64,000 nt of DNA from Gemmatimonadota bacterium. GTDB taxonomy: Bacteria; Gemmatimonadota; Gemmatimonadetes; Gemmatimonadales; GWC2-71-9. Position numbers and translations under genes: made by a program. The notes under the pieces are model-generated. The model did no database searches, was not told the DNA's origin, and worked only from the letters and a program-made list of their open reading frames with translations. Where the stretch lies: the NCBI GenBank assembly GCA_039591655.1, contig JBDHDE010000006.1, positions 1 to 64,000 of the forward strand. The letters run 5' to 3'. Positions 48,484 through 59,758 of the stretch are shown here, piece after piece (within the stretch, counting starts at the first letter, position 1; each line of letters opens with the position of its first letter).

Positions 48484-49962
48484 GTGATCTACTTCTGGGC
48501 GATCGTCGTCTACCTAGCTGTCCTCATCATGATCAGCGTCTACCGCAGCCTGCGGGTCAAGACGCAGGACGACTTCATGGTCGCCGGGCGCAGGGTCACG
48601 GCGATCTTCCTCGTCGGGACGCTGGTCTGCACCTGGATCGGGTCGGGTTCGCTGTTCGGCGGGGCGGGGCGGGCGTTCCGCAACGGGTTCTCGGCGCTGT
48701 GGATGAGTGCCGGGGCCTGGTTGGGCATTGCCATCGTCTACTTCCTTGCCCATCGCGTGCGCCGCATCGCGCAGTACACGGTCCCGGATCTCCTGGAGAC
48801 CCGCTACAATCCGAGCGCCCGTGTCCTGGGCACGATCGCCATAATCATCGCCTACCTCACCATCGCGAGCTATCAGTTCATCGGCGGTGGCCGGTTGCTG
48901 AACATCCTTATGGGGTGGGACCCGGCGGTAGGTGCCGCCATCACCTGCGCTCTGGTCGTGGTGTACACGGTGCTCGCCGGGATGATGTCCATTGTGGCCC
49001 TGGACATAGTCAACGGTCTGCTGATCACGGGGGCGGTGCTCGTCGCGGCACCCCTGACGCTCAAGGCCGCCGGCGGCTTTGCCGGGCTCTCGGCCACTCT
49101 CCCGGCAACCCACTTCACTGTGTTCGGCAGCCTCGGTGTGGCAGCGTCGCTGGGATTATTCTTCCCCACGTTCTTCCTGCTGCTGGGCGAGAGCAGCATC
49201 TATCAGAAGTTCATGTCCGCCAAGAGCGAGAAGGCGGCGCGCCAGGCGGTGATCGGGATGATCGTCGGGGTGATCGTGGTGGAGACGGTGCTCGCCTCGG
49301 TGGCGGTGTTCGGCGCCGGTGTGTTCTGGAACGACTTGCCCTTCATGGAAGGAGGTCAGTTCGTCAGGGAGGAGACCGAGACGATCGTGCTCCACGTAGC
49401 TCGCCACACGTTACCGCTGGTCCCCGGGATCGCGCTGCTGGCGGGAGCGGTCGCCATCATCTTCTCCACCGCGAACACCTTCCTGATGGTTCCCTCCACC
49501 AACTTGGCTCGCGACATCTACCAGCGGTTCATCAACCCGAACGCAGGAGAGCGGCTGATCGTGATGTTCCAGCGGGTGATGATCGCCGTGTTGGCGGTGG
49601 TAGCCTACGTTGTCTCGACCTTCTTCGAGAGCATCCTGGACATGGCGCTCTACGCCTACACGATGGTGGGGGCCGCGGTGACCCCCGCCCTGTTGGCGGC
49701 CTTCCTGTGGCGCCGCGTCACGCCGCCGGCCGGCACGGCGTCCATCGCGGCCGGGATCGTGGCGACCCTGATCTTCGCGGGGCTCGCCAACGCGGGGGTC
49801 GAGAGCCTGCCGCTGGGATTCGTGAATCTGCCGTTGAGCTACGATTACATCATCTACCCGGCAGCGGTGGCTTCCATCCTGTGCCTCGTGGGGGTGAGCC
49901 TGGCCACTCCGCCGTCACCCGAGGAGAAGTGGCGTCCCTTCTGGCAACAGCGAGCGGAGTGA
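48484..49962 (+). CDS. Sodium:solute symporter (SSS) family transporter
   Basis: DFMVAGR, TWIGSGS, YTVPDLLETRY, YTVLAGM, AIIFSTAN, ARDIY; about 13 TMs. Confidence 0.92.
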   Translation: MIYFWAIVVYLAVLIMISVYRSLRVKTQDDFMVAGRRVTAIFLVGTLVCTWIGSGSLFGGAGRAFRNGFSALWMSAGAWLGIAIVYFLAHRVRRIAQYTVPDLLETRYNPSARVLGTIAIIIAYLTIASYQFIGGGRLLNILMGWDPAVGAAITCALVVVYTVLAGMMSIVALDIVNGLLITGAVLVAAPLTLKAAGGFAGLSATLPATHFTVFGSLGVAASLGLFFPTFFLLLGESSIYQKFMSAKSEKAARQAVIGMIVGVIVVETVLASVAVFGAGVFWNDLPFMEGGQFVREETETIVLHVARHTLPLVPGIALLAGAVAIIFSTANTFLMVPSTNLARDIYQRFINPNAGERLIVMFQRVMIAVLAVVAYVVSTFFESILDMALYAYTMVGAAVTPALLAAFLWRRVTPPAGTASIAAGIVATLIFAGLANAGVESLPLGFVNLPLSYDYIIYPAAVASILCLVGVSLATPPSPEEKWRPFWQQRAE

Positions 49963-49982
49963 CGCGAGCCTCGCGGTAGCCG

Positions 49983-51026
49983 CTACCGGCTCTCTGCGTC
50001 GCTGGATGATGCTCCACTGGGGGGTGTGGCCGCCCCGGGGGAGGGCAGCGGCTCCTCGGCGTAGTGGCACGCCACCCACCGGCCGCGATCCATCTTGTAG
50101 AGCACCGGCGGCTCGCTGGAGCAGCGAGCGTCCTTCTTGGGATGTGGGCAGCGAGGGTGGAACACGCAGCCCGGTGGCGGCCGGTGCGCGCTGGGCGTCT
50201 CTCCCTTGAGCACGAGACGCTGCTGCTCCCGGTTGGGATCCGGGGCCGGCGCCGCTGATAGCAGGGATGTGGTGTACGGGTGGAGCGGCTGCTCGTAGAG
50301 CGCTCCGGCGCGGGCCAGCTCCATCAGCTTCCCGAAGTACATGACGGCGACCCGGTCCGCCAGTTGTCGTACGACGGCGAGGTCGTGGGCGATGAACAGG
50401 TAGGTGAGCCCCCGGCGCTCCTTGAGCTCGGCCAGGAGGTTGAGGACCTGGGCCTGAACCGAGACGTCCAGTGCGGAGACCGGCTCGTCCAGCACTATGA
50501 ACTCGGGCTCCACCGAGAGGGCCCGGGCGATCCCCACACGCTGCCGCTGACCGCCGGAGAGCTCGTGGGGGTACGCCGTCATGTAGGACGGGTCGAGCCC
50601 GACTTCCCGGAACAACGCGGCTACGCGCTCGTCGGCCTGAGCCCCCCGGACGATGCGGTGCACGATCATGGGCTCCCGCACCGCGGCGCCCACCGTCATG
50701 CGTGGGTTGAGGGAGCCGGAGGGATCCTGGAAGACTATCTGCAGCCGTTGCCGCAGCGCCCGCAGGGAGCTGCCGTCCAGGGTGAAGAGGTCGACACCGT
50801 CGAACCGTACGGTGCCGCTCGTCGGCTCCAGTAGACGCAACAAGAGCCGGCCCAGGGTCGTCTTGCCGCTCCCGCTCTCGCCCACGAGCCCCACGGTCTC
50901 TCCCCGCGAGATGTTGAAACTCACCCGCTCGACGGCTCGCACGGCGTGGCGGGCGCCGAACAGGCCGCCCCCGGTGCGGAACACCTTCACGAGATGCTCG
51001 ACCTCGACCAGCGGCGGCCCGGCCAC
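49983..51026 (-). CDS. Oligopeptide/dipeptide ABC ATPase (OppF/DppF-like)
   Basis: GESGSGKT, YPHELSGGQRQR, DEPVSALDVSVQAQ, HPYT, GCVFHPRC. Confidence 0.92.
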   Translation of the reverse strand: MAGPPLVEVEHLVKVFRTGGGLFGARHAVRAVERVSFNISRGETVGLVGESGSGKTTLGRLLLRLLEPTSGTVRFDGVDLFTLDGSSLRALRQRLQIVFQDPSGSLNPRMTVGAAVREPMIVHRIVRGAQADERVAALFREVGLDPSYMTAYPHELSGGQRQRVGIARALSVEPEFIVLDEPVSALDVSVQAQVLNLLAELKERRGLTYLFIAHDLAVVRQLADRVAVMYFGKLMELARAGALYEQPLHPYTTSLLSAAPAPDPNREQQRLVLKGETPSAHRPPPGCVFHPRCPHPKKDARCSSEPPVLYKMDRGRWVACHYAEEPLPSPGAATPPSGASSSDAESR

Positions 51027-52015
51027 TACGGCCGCCTCCGGCCCGGCTCGTAGACCAGCCAGCAGCGGGCCCGGTGGTCGCGAGCCACGCCCAGGGGGTT
51101 GGGGACCTCGGCCGCACATTGCTCCCACGCGTGGGGACAGCGGGGGTGGAACCGGCACCCCGGCGGCCAGTCGCTCGCCGGCGGCACGGCGCCGGGGATC
51201 GTGGGCAGCCGGTCGGCCGTGCGGTCGAGACGCGGGATCGCCTCCAGCAGGGCGGCGGTGTAGGGGTGCTCCGGGTTGGAGAACACGGTGGCGGCGGGAC
51301 CCTCCTCCACGATCTGCCCGCCGTACATCACCGCGACGCGATCGGCGATCCCGGCCGCCACCGCCAGGTCGTGGGTTATGAGGATCATCGCCATGTCGAG
51401 CCGGCGCTTGAGGTCCGCCAACAGCTCCAGGATCTGCGCCTGGATCGTGACGTCGAGGGCCGTGGTGGGCTCGTCGGCGATGAGGATCTTGGGCTGGCAG
51501 CACAGTGCCATGGCGATCATGACGCGCTGCTGCATGCCCCCGCTCATCTGGTGGGGGTAGTGGTCCACCCGCTGGTCAGGATCGGGAATACCTACCAGCT
51601 CCAGCGCCTCGACGGCCCGGCGGCGGGCCTCCCGGCGGCTGATCTCGCGATGGGCCCGCAGGGTCTCGACGATCTGGGTGCCGACGGTGAGCACCGGATT
51701 GAGGCTGGTGGTCGGCTCCTGGAAGATCATGGCGATCTCTGCGCCGCGGATTCGGCGCAGCTCTTCCGGGGCCAGGGTCATGACGTTGGCGTCCCCATAC
51801 TCCACCAGGCTCTCGTCCGCGATTTGTCCCGGCGGCTCCGGGATGAGCCGCAGGATGGAGAGTGCCGTCACCGTCTTGCCACACCCCGACTCCCCCACGA
51901 TTCCCAAGGTCTCGCCGGGGAACAGATCGAATGACACGCCGTCCACCGCCCTGGCGACGCTCCGGCCGCTGCCGAAGCTGGTGCGCAGGTCCCGGACGCG
52001 GAGCAGCGGGTTCAT
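51026..52015 (-). CDS. Oligopeptide/dipeptide ABC ATPase (OppD/DppD-like)
   Basis: GESGCGKT, YPHQMSGGMQQR, ADEPTTALDVTIQAQ. Confidence 0.92.
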   Translation of the reverse strand: MNPLLRVRDLRTSFGSGRSVARAVDGVSFDLFPGETLGIVGESGCGKTVTALSILRLIPEPPGQIADESLVEYGDANVMTLAPEELRRIRGAEIAMIFQEPTTSLNPVLTVGTQIVETLRAHREISRREARRRAVEALELVGIPDPDQRVDHYPHQMSGGMQQRVMIAMALCCQPKILIADEPTTALDVTIQAQILELLADLKRRLDMAMILITHDLAVAAGIADRVAVMYGGQIVEEGPAATVFSNPEHPYTAALLEAIPRLDRTADRLPTIPGAVPPASDWPPGCRFHPRCPHAWEQCAAEVPNPLGVARDHRARCWLVYEPGRRRP

Positions 52016-52848
52016 CGCGCCCGCGGATCGATGGCGTCCCGCAGCCCGTCGCCCAGTAGGCTGAAGCCCACTACGGTGACCACGATGGCGACGCCGGGAA
52101 AGGCGGCGACCCAGGGAGCAACGGCCAGCGCCTGCTGCCCCTCGGCGATGATCGATCCCCAGGAGGGGGTCGGGGGGCTGACGCCGAGCCCGAGATAGGA
52201 GAGTGCCGCTTCGGTCAAGATGATCTGCCCGATGCCGAGTGTCGCCGTGACGATGATCGGCGCGGCGAGGTTGGGCAAGAGGTGGCGCAGGGCGAGGCGG
52301 GGCGGGCCCAACCCCAGCGCCCGGGCGGCCACGACGAACTCCCGCGTCTTGAGGCTCAGCACTTCGGCCCGGACGATGCGGCTGGCGTCGAACCAGCTGG
52401 TGAGACCGAGGATGGCGATGAGACCGACCACCCCCACGTTCTCCCATAGCACCAGAACCACGAGGAGGAGGAAGACCCGCGGCACCGCCAGGGCGGCATC
52501 GATGGCCCGCATGAGCACCGCATCCACTACGCCCCCGGCGAGGCCTGCGGTGAGTCCGACCGCCGTGCCGATGGTGACGGACAGCACCACAGAGAGAACC
52601 GCGATGGCGAGGGAGATGCGCGCCCCGTAGAGCACGCGGCTGAGCAGATCGCGGCTATAGAAGTCGGTGCCGAAGGGATGCTCCGCCGACGGAGCCAGGT
52701 ACTGGCCGCGTACCAGGTCCAGCTGGGCCGTGGGCTCGTAGGGAACCAGCCACGGCGCAAGGGCCGCTGCGAGACACAGGAGCGCGACGAGGGCCATGGC
52801 GACTCGTGCGCGCCGCTGCCTCAACAGCCGGTGGAGCGTGCCGCTCAT
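52012..52848 (-). CDS. Peptide ABC permease (OppC/DppC-like)
   Basis: HPFGTD..RDLLSR.LYGARISL, EFVVAARALG, HLLPN, LSYLGLG..SWG. Confidence 0.92.
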   Translation of the reverse strand: MSGTLHRLLRQRRARVAMALVALLCLAAALAPWLVPYEPTAQLDLVRGQYLAPSAEHPFGTDFYSRDLLSRVLYGARISLAIAVLSVVLSVTIGTAVGLTAGLAGGVVDAVLMRAIDAALAVPRVFLLLVVLVLWENVGVVGLIAILGLTSWFDASRIVRAEVLSLKTREFVVAARALGLGPPRLALRHLLPNLAAPIIVTATLGIGQIILTEAALSYLGLGVSPPTPSWGSIIAEGQQALAVAPWVAAFPGVAIVVTVVGFSLLGDGLRDAIDPRAR

Positions 52849-53819
52849 CGCGCGCTCCGCGTGCGGGGATCGACGACGCGGTATAGCAGGTCGGCGAGGA
52901 GGTTACCGAGGACCACCATTACAGCGGCGATGATCGCCACCGCGGTCACGACGGCGTAATCGCGACCGTGGATGGCGTCGACGGCGAGCTTGCCCATGCC
53001 GGGCCAGGCGAACACGGTCTCCACCAGCACCGAGCCGGACAGGAGGAGCGGAAACGAGAGGCCGAACAGCGTCACGGCCGGCAGCAGCGCGTTGCGCAGC
53101 GCGTGGCGCAGGAAGACGCCCCGCGGTGTGAGTCCCTTTGCCCGCGCCGTCCGAACGAAGTCCTGCCCGATGACCTCCAGCATCTCCGCGCGCTGGAACC
53201 GCGCCGTCGCGGCGGCGCCCATGAGGCCAAGGGTGAGCGCCGGGAGGACGAGGTGGGCCAGGCGGTCCGTGAGCCGGCCGAGAGGTGAGAGAAACGGGTG
53301 CACCGCCTCGTCGATCACGCCACCCACCGGAAGCCAGCCGAGCTGCACGCCGAACAGCAGCAACAGCATCACCCCCAGCCAGAACACGGGCATGGAGTAG
53401 AGCGTCAGCGTCAGCAAGGATAGGGCGTCGTCCAGCGGGGAGCCTTCCTTGGCCGCCTGGAGCGCTCCCACCAGCACGCCGACGCCGAAGGTGATCACCA
53501 AGGCGGTGGCGGCGAGCAGCAGGGTGTTGGGGACGCGCTCGGCGATGGCCTGGGCCGCCGGACGGTGCTCGCGGAAGGAGTAGCCGAAGTCGCCCCGCAC
53601 GATGTTCCCCAGATAGCGCAGGTACTGGACGTAAACGGGTTGGTCCATGCCGAAGTTGCGGCGCTGCTGCTCGACGACCTCGGCGGGGATGAGCGTCCCT
53701 TGGCTGGACGTCGTGAAAGGATCGCCCGGCGAGAGATGCACCAGGAAGAACGTCAGGGTGGCGACCAGAAAAACGATCCCGGCCGCGTGCACCAACCGGA
53801 GCGTGATGAACCGTGCCAC
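52845..53819 (-). CDS. Peptide ABC permease (OppB/DppB-like)
   Basis: PGDP, GDFGYS, DFVRTARAKGL, HALRNA, ETVFAWPGMG. Confidence 0.92.
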   Translation of the reverse strand: MARFITLRLVHAAGIVFLVATLTFFLVHLSPGDPFTTSSQGTLIPAEVVEQQRRNFGMDQPVYVQYLRYLGNIVRGDFGYSFREHRPAAQAIAERVPNTLLLAATALVITFGVGVLVGALQAAKEGSPLDDALSLLTLTLYSMPVFWLGVMLLLLFGVQLGWLPVGGVIDEAVHPFLSPLGRLTDRLAHLVLPALTLGLMGAAATARFQRAEMLEVIGQDFVRTARAKGLTPRGVFLRHALRNALLPAVTLFGLSFPLLLSGSVLVETVFAWPGMGKLAVDAIHGRDYAVVTAVAIIAAVMVVLGNLLADLLYRVVDPRTRSAR

Positions 53820-53820
53820 G

Positions 53821-55461
53821 CTACTCGCTGTAGCGGTCGCGATCGATCATGCGCGTGGCCGGCACGTGCCACCGCCACAGTGTGGCCACGAAGTTGTCCG
53901 GCCTCACGGAGACACCCTCGAAGCGGGCGTGCACCCCGGCGTTGGGCGCCGAGCCGTATATCCAGATGGCCGGGACGTCGCCGTTGATGAGGGTCACGGC
54001 CCTGCGCCACCTGGTGCGGGCGGTGGCCACGTCCAGCGCCGCCTGAGCCCGGCGCACGGCTGCATCGAAAGTCGGGTTGGCGTACGTGCCGTAGTTGTAG
54101 CCGGCGCCGGAGACCCACAGTTCCGCTATCGACGCCGGGCTGGGATCGCCGCCGTACGAGCCGAACCAGGCATCGAAGTTATGCGCCTGGCCCCGCTCCA
54201 TGAACGCACCGAAGTCCAGCAGCGAGATCGTCATCGAGATCCCGGCGCGGCGCAGCTGCTCCTGGAGAATCTCCGCCGAGCGTCGCCGCGCGGTACTCGT
54301 GTTGGGCACGAGGAGGTCGAACTGCAGGGCCGCGCCGTCCCTGTCCAGCAGGCCGTCGCCGTCGGTGTCCCGCCACCCCAGGACGGCCAGCTTGCGCCGT
54401 GCCCCTGCAGTGTCGAACGGCACCTGCTCGTACTCCTCGTGGGAGATCCACTGAGACGGGCTCATCGGCCCCTTGGCAACGATGCCGTCCTCCCCGAATA
54501 CCGCCCGTACCATGGTCTCGCGGTCCGCCGCCATGGCGATGGCCTCCCGCACCGCCCGGTCGCCGAACAGGGGGTGGGGCCGGTCGTGGTCCTCGGGGTC
54601 GCGCTGGTTGAACAGGACGTATCCGTAGATAGTGGACGGCGTCCATGGGACGGCCCGCAAGGTCTCCTCCGCGCGTACCCGCTCCAGGGCGTCCGGCGGC
54701 AGGGCGTTCAGCACGTCGGCCTCGCCGGCCAGGAACTGGGCCACGGCGGTGTTGACGTCGGCGGTGAACCGCCAAATGACGCGCCGTACTCCCGGCCGGC
54801 CCAGGAAGAACGCGGAGTCCGCCTCGAGCTCGATGGACTGCCCTGCGTTCCACCGCACGAACCGGTAGGGGCCGTTGCCGATGGGTCCGCGCCCGAACGG
54901 GTGGGAGGCCAGCTCGGCGCGGGGGATGGTGTCCAGCAGGTGCTTGGGGAGGACCCGCATGTGGTAGACCGCATCGAAGAGCATGTCCTGGTACGGTCGC
55001 TGAAACCTGAACACCACGGTCTGCGAGTCCCTCGCCGTCACCGCCGCGATGGTCAGCACCCGCGGCCGCGCTGTCGAGGCGACGACGGAGTCACGGTACA
55101 CGTCGAACGTGAAGACGACGTCCTCGGCGGTCACCGGCGCGCCGTCGTGCCACCGGGCATCGGGGTGGAGGGTGAACCGGATGGTGCGCTCGTCCTCGAA
55201 CGCCCACTCGCTTGCGAGCTCGGGCTCGAAGCCGTCCATGGTGCTCATGGCCGGACCGACGTCGGCGAGCTTGAGGAAGAGGAGGTCGCCGATGGCGTAG
55301 CCCACGTCCTGGCTCGTCGCCACCGGGAGCAGCACGTCGGCTTCTGCCGCGGTGACCACCACGGCTGTGCCGCACCAGTTGCCGGTGCACGTCGGTTCCG
55401 GAGCGCACGCCGCGATTGCTAGGGAAAGGCCACACAGGAACGGAGCTGCGCGTCGCGTCAT
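53821..55461 (-). CDS. Peptide ABC substrate-binding lipoprotein (SBP family 5)
   Basis: Lipobox IAAC; PELASEW, WHDGAPVTAEDVVFT, PIGNGPY, GWRDTDGDG. Confidence 0.92.
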   Translation of the reverse strand: MTRRAAPFLCGLSLAIAACAPEPTCTGNWCGTAVVVTAAEADVLLPVATSQDVGYAIGDLLFLKLADVGPAMSTMDGFEPELASEWAFEDERTIRFTLHPDARWHDGAPVTAEDVVFTFDVYRDSVVASTARPRVLTIAAVTARDSQTVVFRFQRPYQDMLFDAVYHMRVLPKHLLDTIPRAELASHPFGRGPIGNGPYRFVRWNAGQSIELEADSAFFLGRPGVRRVIWRFTADVNTAVAQFLAGEADVLNALPPDALERVRAEETLRAVPWTPSTIYGYVLFNQRDPEDHDRPHPLFGDRAVREAIAMAADRETMVRAVFGEDGIVAKGPMSPSQWISHEEYEQVPFDTAGARRKLAVLGWRDTDGDGLLDRDGAALQFDLLVPNTSTARRRSAEILQEQLRRAGISMTISLLDFGAFMERGQAHNFDAWFGSYGGDPSPASIAELWVSGAGYNYGTYANPTFDAAVRRAQAALDVATARTRWRRAVTLINGDVPAIWIYGSAPNAGVHARFEGVSVRPDNFVATLWRWHVPATRMIDRDRYSE

Positions 55462-55486
55462 GATGCTGTGCTCCCTTCTCTTCGAG

Positions 55487-56320
55487 TCACCGCCGCCACG
55501 TCCACCCGGGATCCCGGAACCGTGCGACCTCGTCCGGCGGAGGATGAATCCGGGATTCCCGCCAATCTCCCGACCACTCCTGCCGGGCCTCGGCGGCAAC
55601 GGCCGCGACTACCTCGTCGAAGCCCACGGCCCGCGAGAGCGCATCTCGCAGCGATGTCGCGGTCGGTGCGCCGGAGCGGCCCTGGGTGATACGCGCGACC
55701 ACATCTTGACCGTCCTCCAGCAGGATGGAGCCGTGCTGTAGGAACGCCCCGCCCTCCCGCACCTGGGCGCTTCCCACCAGCTTGCGCCCGGCGACGACGA
55801 TCTCCCCGCCCACGGGGGAGGCGAAGCACGGGCCGCTGCCGGGGCCGGCGGCCCCGCTCCGCGGTCGCCTGGCGAGCTCCGCGTCGACCCCGAGCCGCCG
55901 CAGTGCCGCCGCCAAGACCGCGTGGACCCTAATGTACGCCTCCCTGAGGGACCCGAACAAATCGGCGGGGCCGGCCACGGCGTAGGTGACCTCTGTCTCG
56001 TGCCACACGGCCCGCCCCCCAGTGGGCCGGCGGACGGTGTCCAAGCCGAGCCGGGCAATGGCATCGCTGTCGTAGCGGGTGAGGGCGGGTTCGTTGCGGC
56101 CGAACGAGAGGCAGGGCGGCGACCACCGGTACAGCCGCAAGAAGGCGACTCCCCCCTGCGCGTCGCACAGGAGGGAGTGGTCGAGGGCCATGTTTTCCGG
56201 GCCGGGCCGTCCGTCCGCCTCAACTATGAGGTGCCAGGAGACGTCGGTTCGTCGCGGCGTGTCCGTCGCGCCGGTCCCGGTGGTATGCCGCAGCGCCGTG
56301 CCCGTCGAGTCCTGTCTCAC
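55487..56320 (-). CDS. Lipoate-protein ligase family protein (LipM/LplA-like catalytic domain only)
   Basis: [39 protein letters not shown] start overlaps the gcvP stop. Confidence 0.88.
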   Translation of the reverse strand: MRQDSTGTALRHTTGTGATDTPRRTDVSWHLIVEADGRPGPENMALDHSLLCDAQGGVAFLRLYRWSPPCLSFGRNEPALTRYDSDAIARLGLDTVRRPTGGRAVWHETEVTYAVAGPADLFGSLREAYIRVHAVLAAALRRLGVDAELARRPRSGAAGPGSGPCFASPVGGEIVVAGRKLVGSAQVREGGAFLQHGSILLEDGQDVVARITQGRSGAPTATSLRDALSRAVGFDEVVAAVAAEARQEWSGDWRESRIHPPPDEVARFRDPGWTWRR

Positions 56321-59214
56321 ACCCCCGCCGGTGCCGGCTCGTATTCCTCTATGGGCGGACAGGTGCACACCAGGTGGCGGTCGCCGTACGCGGCGTCGGC
56401 GCGTCCCACGGCCGGCCACACCTTGTGCTCTCGGGTCTGCGGGGAGGGGAACGCCGCCAGCTCGCGGGAATAGGGTCGATCCCAGTCGTCAGCCACGACG
56501 TCCTGGAGCGTGTGCGGCGCGTTGCGCAGGACGTTGTTCTCCTTGTCCGCCCGCCCCTCCTCGATGTCGCGGATCTCATCGCGGATGGCGACCATCGCGT
56601 CGCAGAAGCGGTCCAGCTCCTCCTTGGACTCACTCTCCGTGGGCTCCACCATCATCGTACCTGGTACGGGGAACGATACGGTGGGAGCGTGGAACCCGTA
56701 GTCCATGAGTCGCGTGGCCATGTCGGTCACGTCCACGCCGGCCGACGTCTTGAAGGGGCGCGTGTCGATGATACACTCGTGGGCGATCAGGCCGTCCCGC
56801 CCCGAATACAGCAGGTCGTAGTGGCCGGCCAGCCGCCGCGCGATGTAGTTCGCGTTGAGGATGGCGACCTTGGTGGCCTCGGTGAGACCGGCAGCCCCCG
56901 TCAGGGCAATGTAGGCCCACGAGATGGGCAGTATCGACGCGCTCCCCCACGGCGCGGCCGATACCGTGCCACAGGGCTGCGCCACTCCCAGGGGCACCAC
57001 GGGGTGATCGGGCAGGTGCGGGGCGAGGTGCTCGGCGACGCCGATGGGTCCCATTCCCGGTCCACCGCCGCCATGGGGGATGCAGAAGGTCTTGTGCAGG
57101 TTCAGGTGCAGCACGTCGGCGCCGATCTCCGCCGGGCGGGAGACACCCACCAAGGCGTTCATGTTGGCGCCGTCCATGTACACCTGCCCGCCGTGCTGAT
57201 GCACGATGTCGCAAATCTCACGGATCGTGGTCTCGAAGACGCCGTGGGTGGACGGGTAGGTGATCATGAGGGCGGCGAGCCGGTCGCTGTTGGCCTCCGC
57301 CTTCTCACGGAAGTCCGCCATGTCCACGTTGCCGGCCTCATCGGTCTTCACTACGACCACCTCCATGCCGGCCATCACGGCGCTGGCGGGGTTGGTGCCG
57401 TGCGCCGACTTCGGGATGAGGCACACCCGCCGGTGTGTCTCACCCCGGGCCCGGTGGTAGGCCCGGATCACCATGAGGCCCGTGAACTCTCCCTGCGCGC
57501 CGGCGTTGGGCTGCAGCGAGATCGCGGCATAACCGGTGATCTCGGCGAGCCATGCCTCGAGCGTCTCGAATAGCTCAGTGTAGCCTCGGGCTTGCTCGCG
57601 GGGCACGAAGGGGTGTAAGCCGGCGAACTCGGGCCAGCTGACCGCCATCATCTCGGTCACCGCGTTGAGCTTCATGGTGCACGAGCCGAGGGGTATCATC
57701 GCCGAGTTCAACGCGAGGTCGCGGTTCTCGAGTCTCCTCAGGTACCGCATCATCTCAGTCTCGGAGTGGTACCGGCTGAAGCACTGATGCGTGAGATACC
57801 CGGATGTGCGGACAAGCGCTTCGGGTATCGCCGCCTGCGCCTCGGACGCCAGGTCCTCCACGGCGAAGTCCACGGACTTCCCGACGGCGAACACGTCGAC
57901 CAGGACGGCCAACTCCTCGAGCGTCGTCACCTCGTCCAGCGTCACACCGACCCTGGTCGGCGAGAGCTGCCGGAGGTTGATGCGGTGCGCCCGCGCCCTC
58001 TCGTGCACCGTGCTCGCCCGCTTCTGTTTCGTCTCTACGGCAAGGGTGTCGAAGAACGCGTCGTGCACGACGGTGTAGCCCAGCCGGCGCAGCGCTTCCG
58101 CCAGCACAGTCGCCAGGTGATGCACCCGCTGGGCGATGCGCCTCAGCCCCTCGGGGCCGTGGTACACGGCGTACATGCCGGCCATGACGGCCAGCAGCAC
58201 CTGAGCCGTGCAGATGTTGCTGGTCGCTTTCTCGCGCCTGATGTGCTGCTCACGGGTCTGCACGGCCATGCGCAGCGCCGGGCGTCCCTTGGAATCCTTG
58301 GTGACGCCTATGATTCGGCCCGGCGCGTGCCGCTTGAACTGCCCGTGTGTAGCGAAGTATGCGGCGTGGGGACCGCCATACCCCAGCGGTACGCCGAAGC
58401 GTTGCGTGTTGCCCACCGCCATGTCCGCTCCCCAGTCGCCCGGCGGCGCGAGCAGGCACAGGCCCAAGAGGTCCGCCGCCACCGTGACCAACGCGCCACC
58501 CTCGTGGGCTCGTTCGCAGAGGGCGCGGTAATCCCGGATGCATCCGTCGCTATTGGGGTACTGCAGGAGCACGCCGATGACCTCCGGGCCGAAGGCGAAC
58601 GTCGCCGGGTCTCCCACGACGATCTCGATGTCCCGGGCCTCGGCGCGGGTCTCGACAACCGCGATCGTCTGCGGGTGGCAACCCTCGTCTACCAGGAAGA
58701 CCGGCGGCTCCTTGCTCTTGGACACGGCGAGACACAACCCCATGGCCTCCGCCGCGGCGGTCCCCTCGTCCAGGAGCGAGGCGTTGGCGACATCCAGTCC
58801 TGTCAGGTCGGCGATCATCGTCTGGTAGTTGAGCAGGGCCTCGAGCCGGCCCTGGGAGATCTCCGCCTGATAAGGCGTGTACGCCGTGTACCAGCCGGGG
58901 TTCTCGAAGATGTTCCGTTGGATGACAGCTGGGACGACGCAATCGGCGTACCCCATGCCGATGTAGGAGCGGTACACCTCGTTCTTCGTGGCGATCTCCC
59001 GTAACGCCTGGAGCACCTGGTACTCGCTGCGTGGGTTGGGAAGATCCAGCGGGCGCTCGAGGCGGATGTCTTCCGGCACCGCCGCACCGACCAGCGCGTC
59101 GAGCGAGTCGTAGCCGAGGGTCTCCAGCATGACCCGCACGTCGGCGGGACGGGGGCCGAGGTGGCGCCGCACGAACTCGTCGGCGCTCGTGGTCTGCTGT
59201 GATGGTTTGTTCAT
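56317..59214 (-). CDS. gcvP: Glycine dehydrogenase (decarboxylating), single-chain P protein
   Basis: [47 protein letters not shown]. Confidence 0.98.
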   Translation of the reverse strand: MNKPSQQTTSADEFVRRHLGPRPADVRVMLETLGYDSLDALVGAAVPEDIRLERPLDLPNPRSEYQVLQALREIATKNEVYRSYIGMGYADCVVPAVIQRNIFENPGWYTAYTPYQAEISQGRLEALLNYQTMIADLTGLDVANASLLDEGTAAAEAMGLCLAVSKSKEPPVFLVDEGCHPQTIAVVETRAEARDIEIVVGDPATFAFGPEVIGVLLQYPNSDGCIRDYRALCERAHEGGALVTVAADLLGLCLLAPPGDWGADMAVGNTQRFGVPLGYGGPHAAYFATHGQFKRHAPGRIIGVTKDSKGRPALRMAVQTREQHIRREKATSNICTAQVLLAVMAGMYAVYHGPEGLRRIAQRVHHLATVLAEALRRLGYTVVHDAFFDTLAVETKQKRASTVHERARAHRINLRQLSPTRVGVTLDEVTTLEELAVLVDVFAVGKSVDFAVEDLASEAQAAIPEALVRTSGYLTHQCFSRYHSETEMMRYLRRLENRDLALNSAMIPLGSCTMKLNAVTEMMAVSWPEFAGLHPFVPREQARGYTELFETLEAWLAEITGYAAISLQPNAGAQGEFTGLMVIRAYHRARGETHRRVCLIPKSAHGTNPASAVMAGMEVVVVKTDEAGNVDMADFREKAEANSDRLAALMITYPSTHGVFETTIREICDIVHQHGGQVYMDGANMNALVGVSRPAEIGADVLHLNLHKTFCIPHGGGGPGMGPIGVAEHLAPHLPDHPVVPLGVAQPCGTVSAAPWGSASILPISWAYIALTGAAGLTEATKVAILNANYIARRLAGHYDLLYSGRDGLIAHECIIDTRPFKTSAGVDVTDMATRLMDYGFHAPTVSFPVPGTMMVEPTESESKEELDRFCDAMVAIRDEIRDIEEGRADKENNVLRNAPHTLQDVVADDWDRPYSRELAAFPSPQTREHKVWPAVGRADAAYGDRHLVCTCPPIEEYEPAPAGV

Positions 59215-59304
59215 CGCTTCACTACCCTATGCGTGCAAACGCCCCGGGGATCCCCAGGGCGTGTCGTCATGCCAGTCGCGCGAGCGTATCTCCCGGTCGG
59301 CGAC

Positions 59305-59694
59305 TCATTCCCCGATGTGCTGTATGTAGTCGGCAGCGGACAGGAGCCGACCGAGATCATCGGGGTTGCGCAACCGGAGCTTGATCATCCACCCCTCACC
59401 GAACGGATCGCGGTTGACGATGCCCGGGTCGCCCTCGATGGCCTGGTTTACCTCCACGATCTCGCCCGCCACGGGACAGAACAGCTCGGAGACGGCCTTC
59501 ACTGCCTCGATCGTACCGAAGACGTCCATCTGGGCGAAGTTCGCGCCCGCTTCGGGAAGTTCCACGAACACGACGTCGCCCAGTTCGCCCTGAGCGTAGT
59601 CGGTGATACCGATGATCACGACACCGGCGTCCTCGGCCGGCTTCACGTACTCGTGTTCCTCGGTGTAGTGCAGGCTCTCAGGAACCTCTGACAT
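59305..59694 (-). CDS. gcvH: Glycine cleavage H protein
   Basis: GITDYAQGELGDVVFVELP and lipoyl site IEAVKAVSE. Confidence 0.97.
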   Translation of the reverse strand: MSEVPESLHYTEEHEYVKPAEDAGVVIIGITDYAQGELGDVVFVELPEAGANFAQMDVFGTIEAVKAVSELFCPVAGEIVEVNQAIEGDPGIVNRDPFGEGWMIKLRLRNPDDLGRLLSAADYIQHIGE

Positions 59695-59729
59695 GGGCGT
59701 TCCACTCTGAGGATTGAGTTGCGAGGCGT

Positions 59730-59758
59730 AGGTTATCGGAGCGTCCTCGGCATGTCAA
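59730..59758 (-). promoter_or_regulatory. sigma70-type promoter of gcvH-gcvP
   Basis: TTGACA-17 nt-TAACCT, about 35 nt before the gcvH ATG. Confidence 0.7.
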
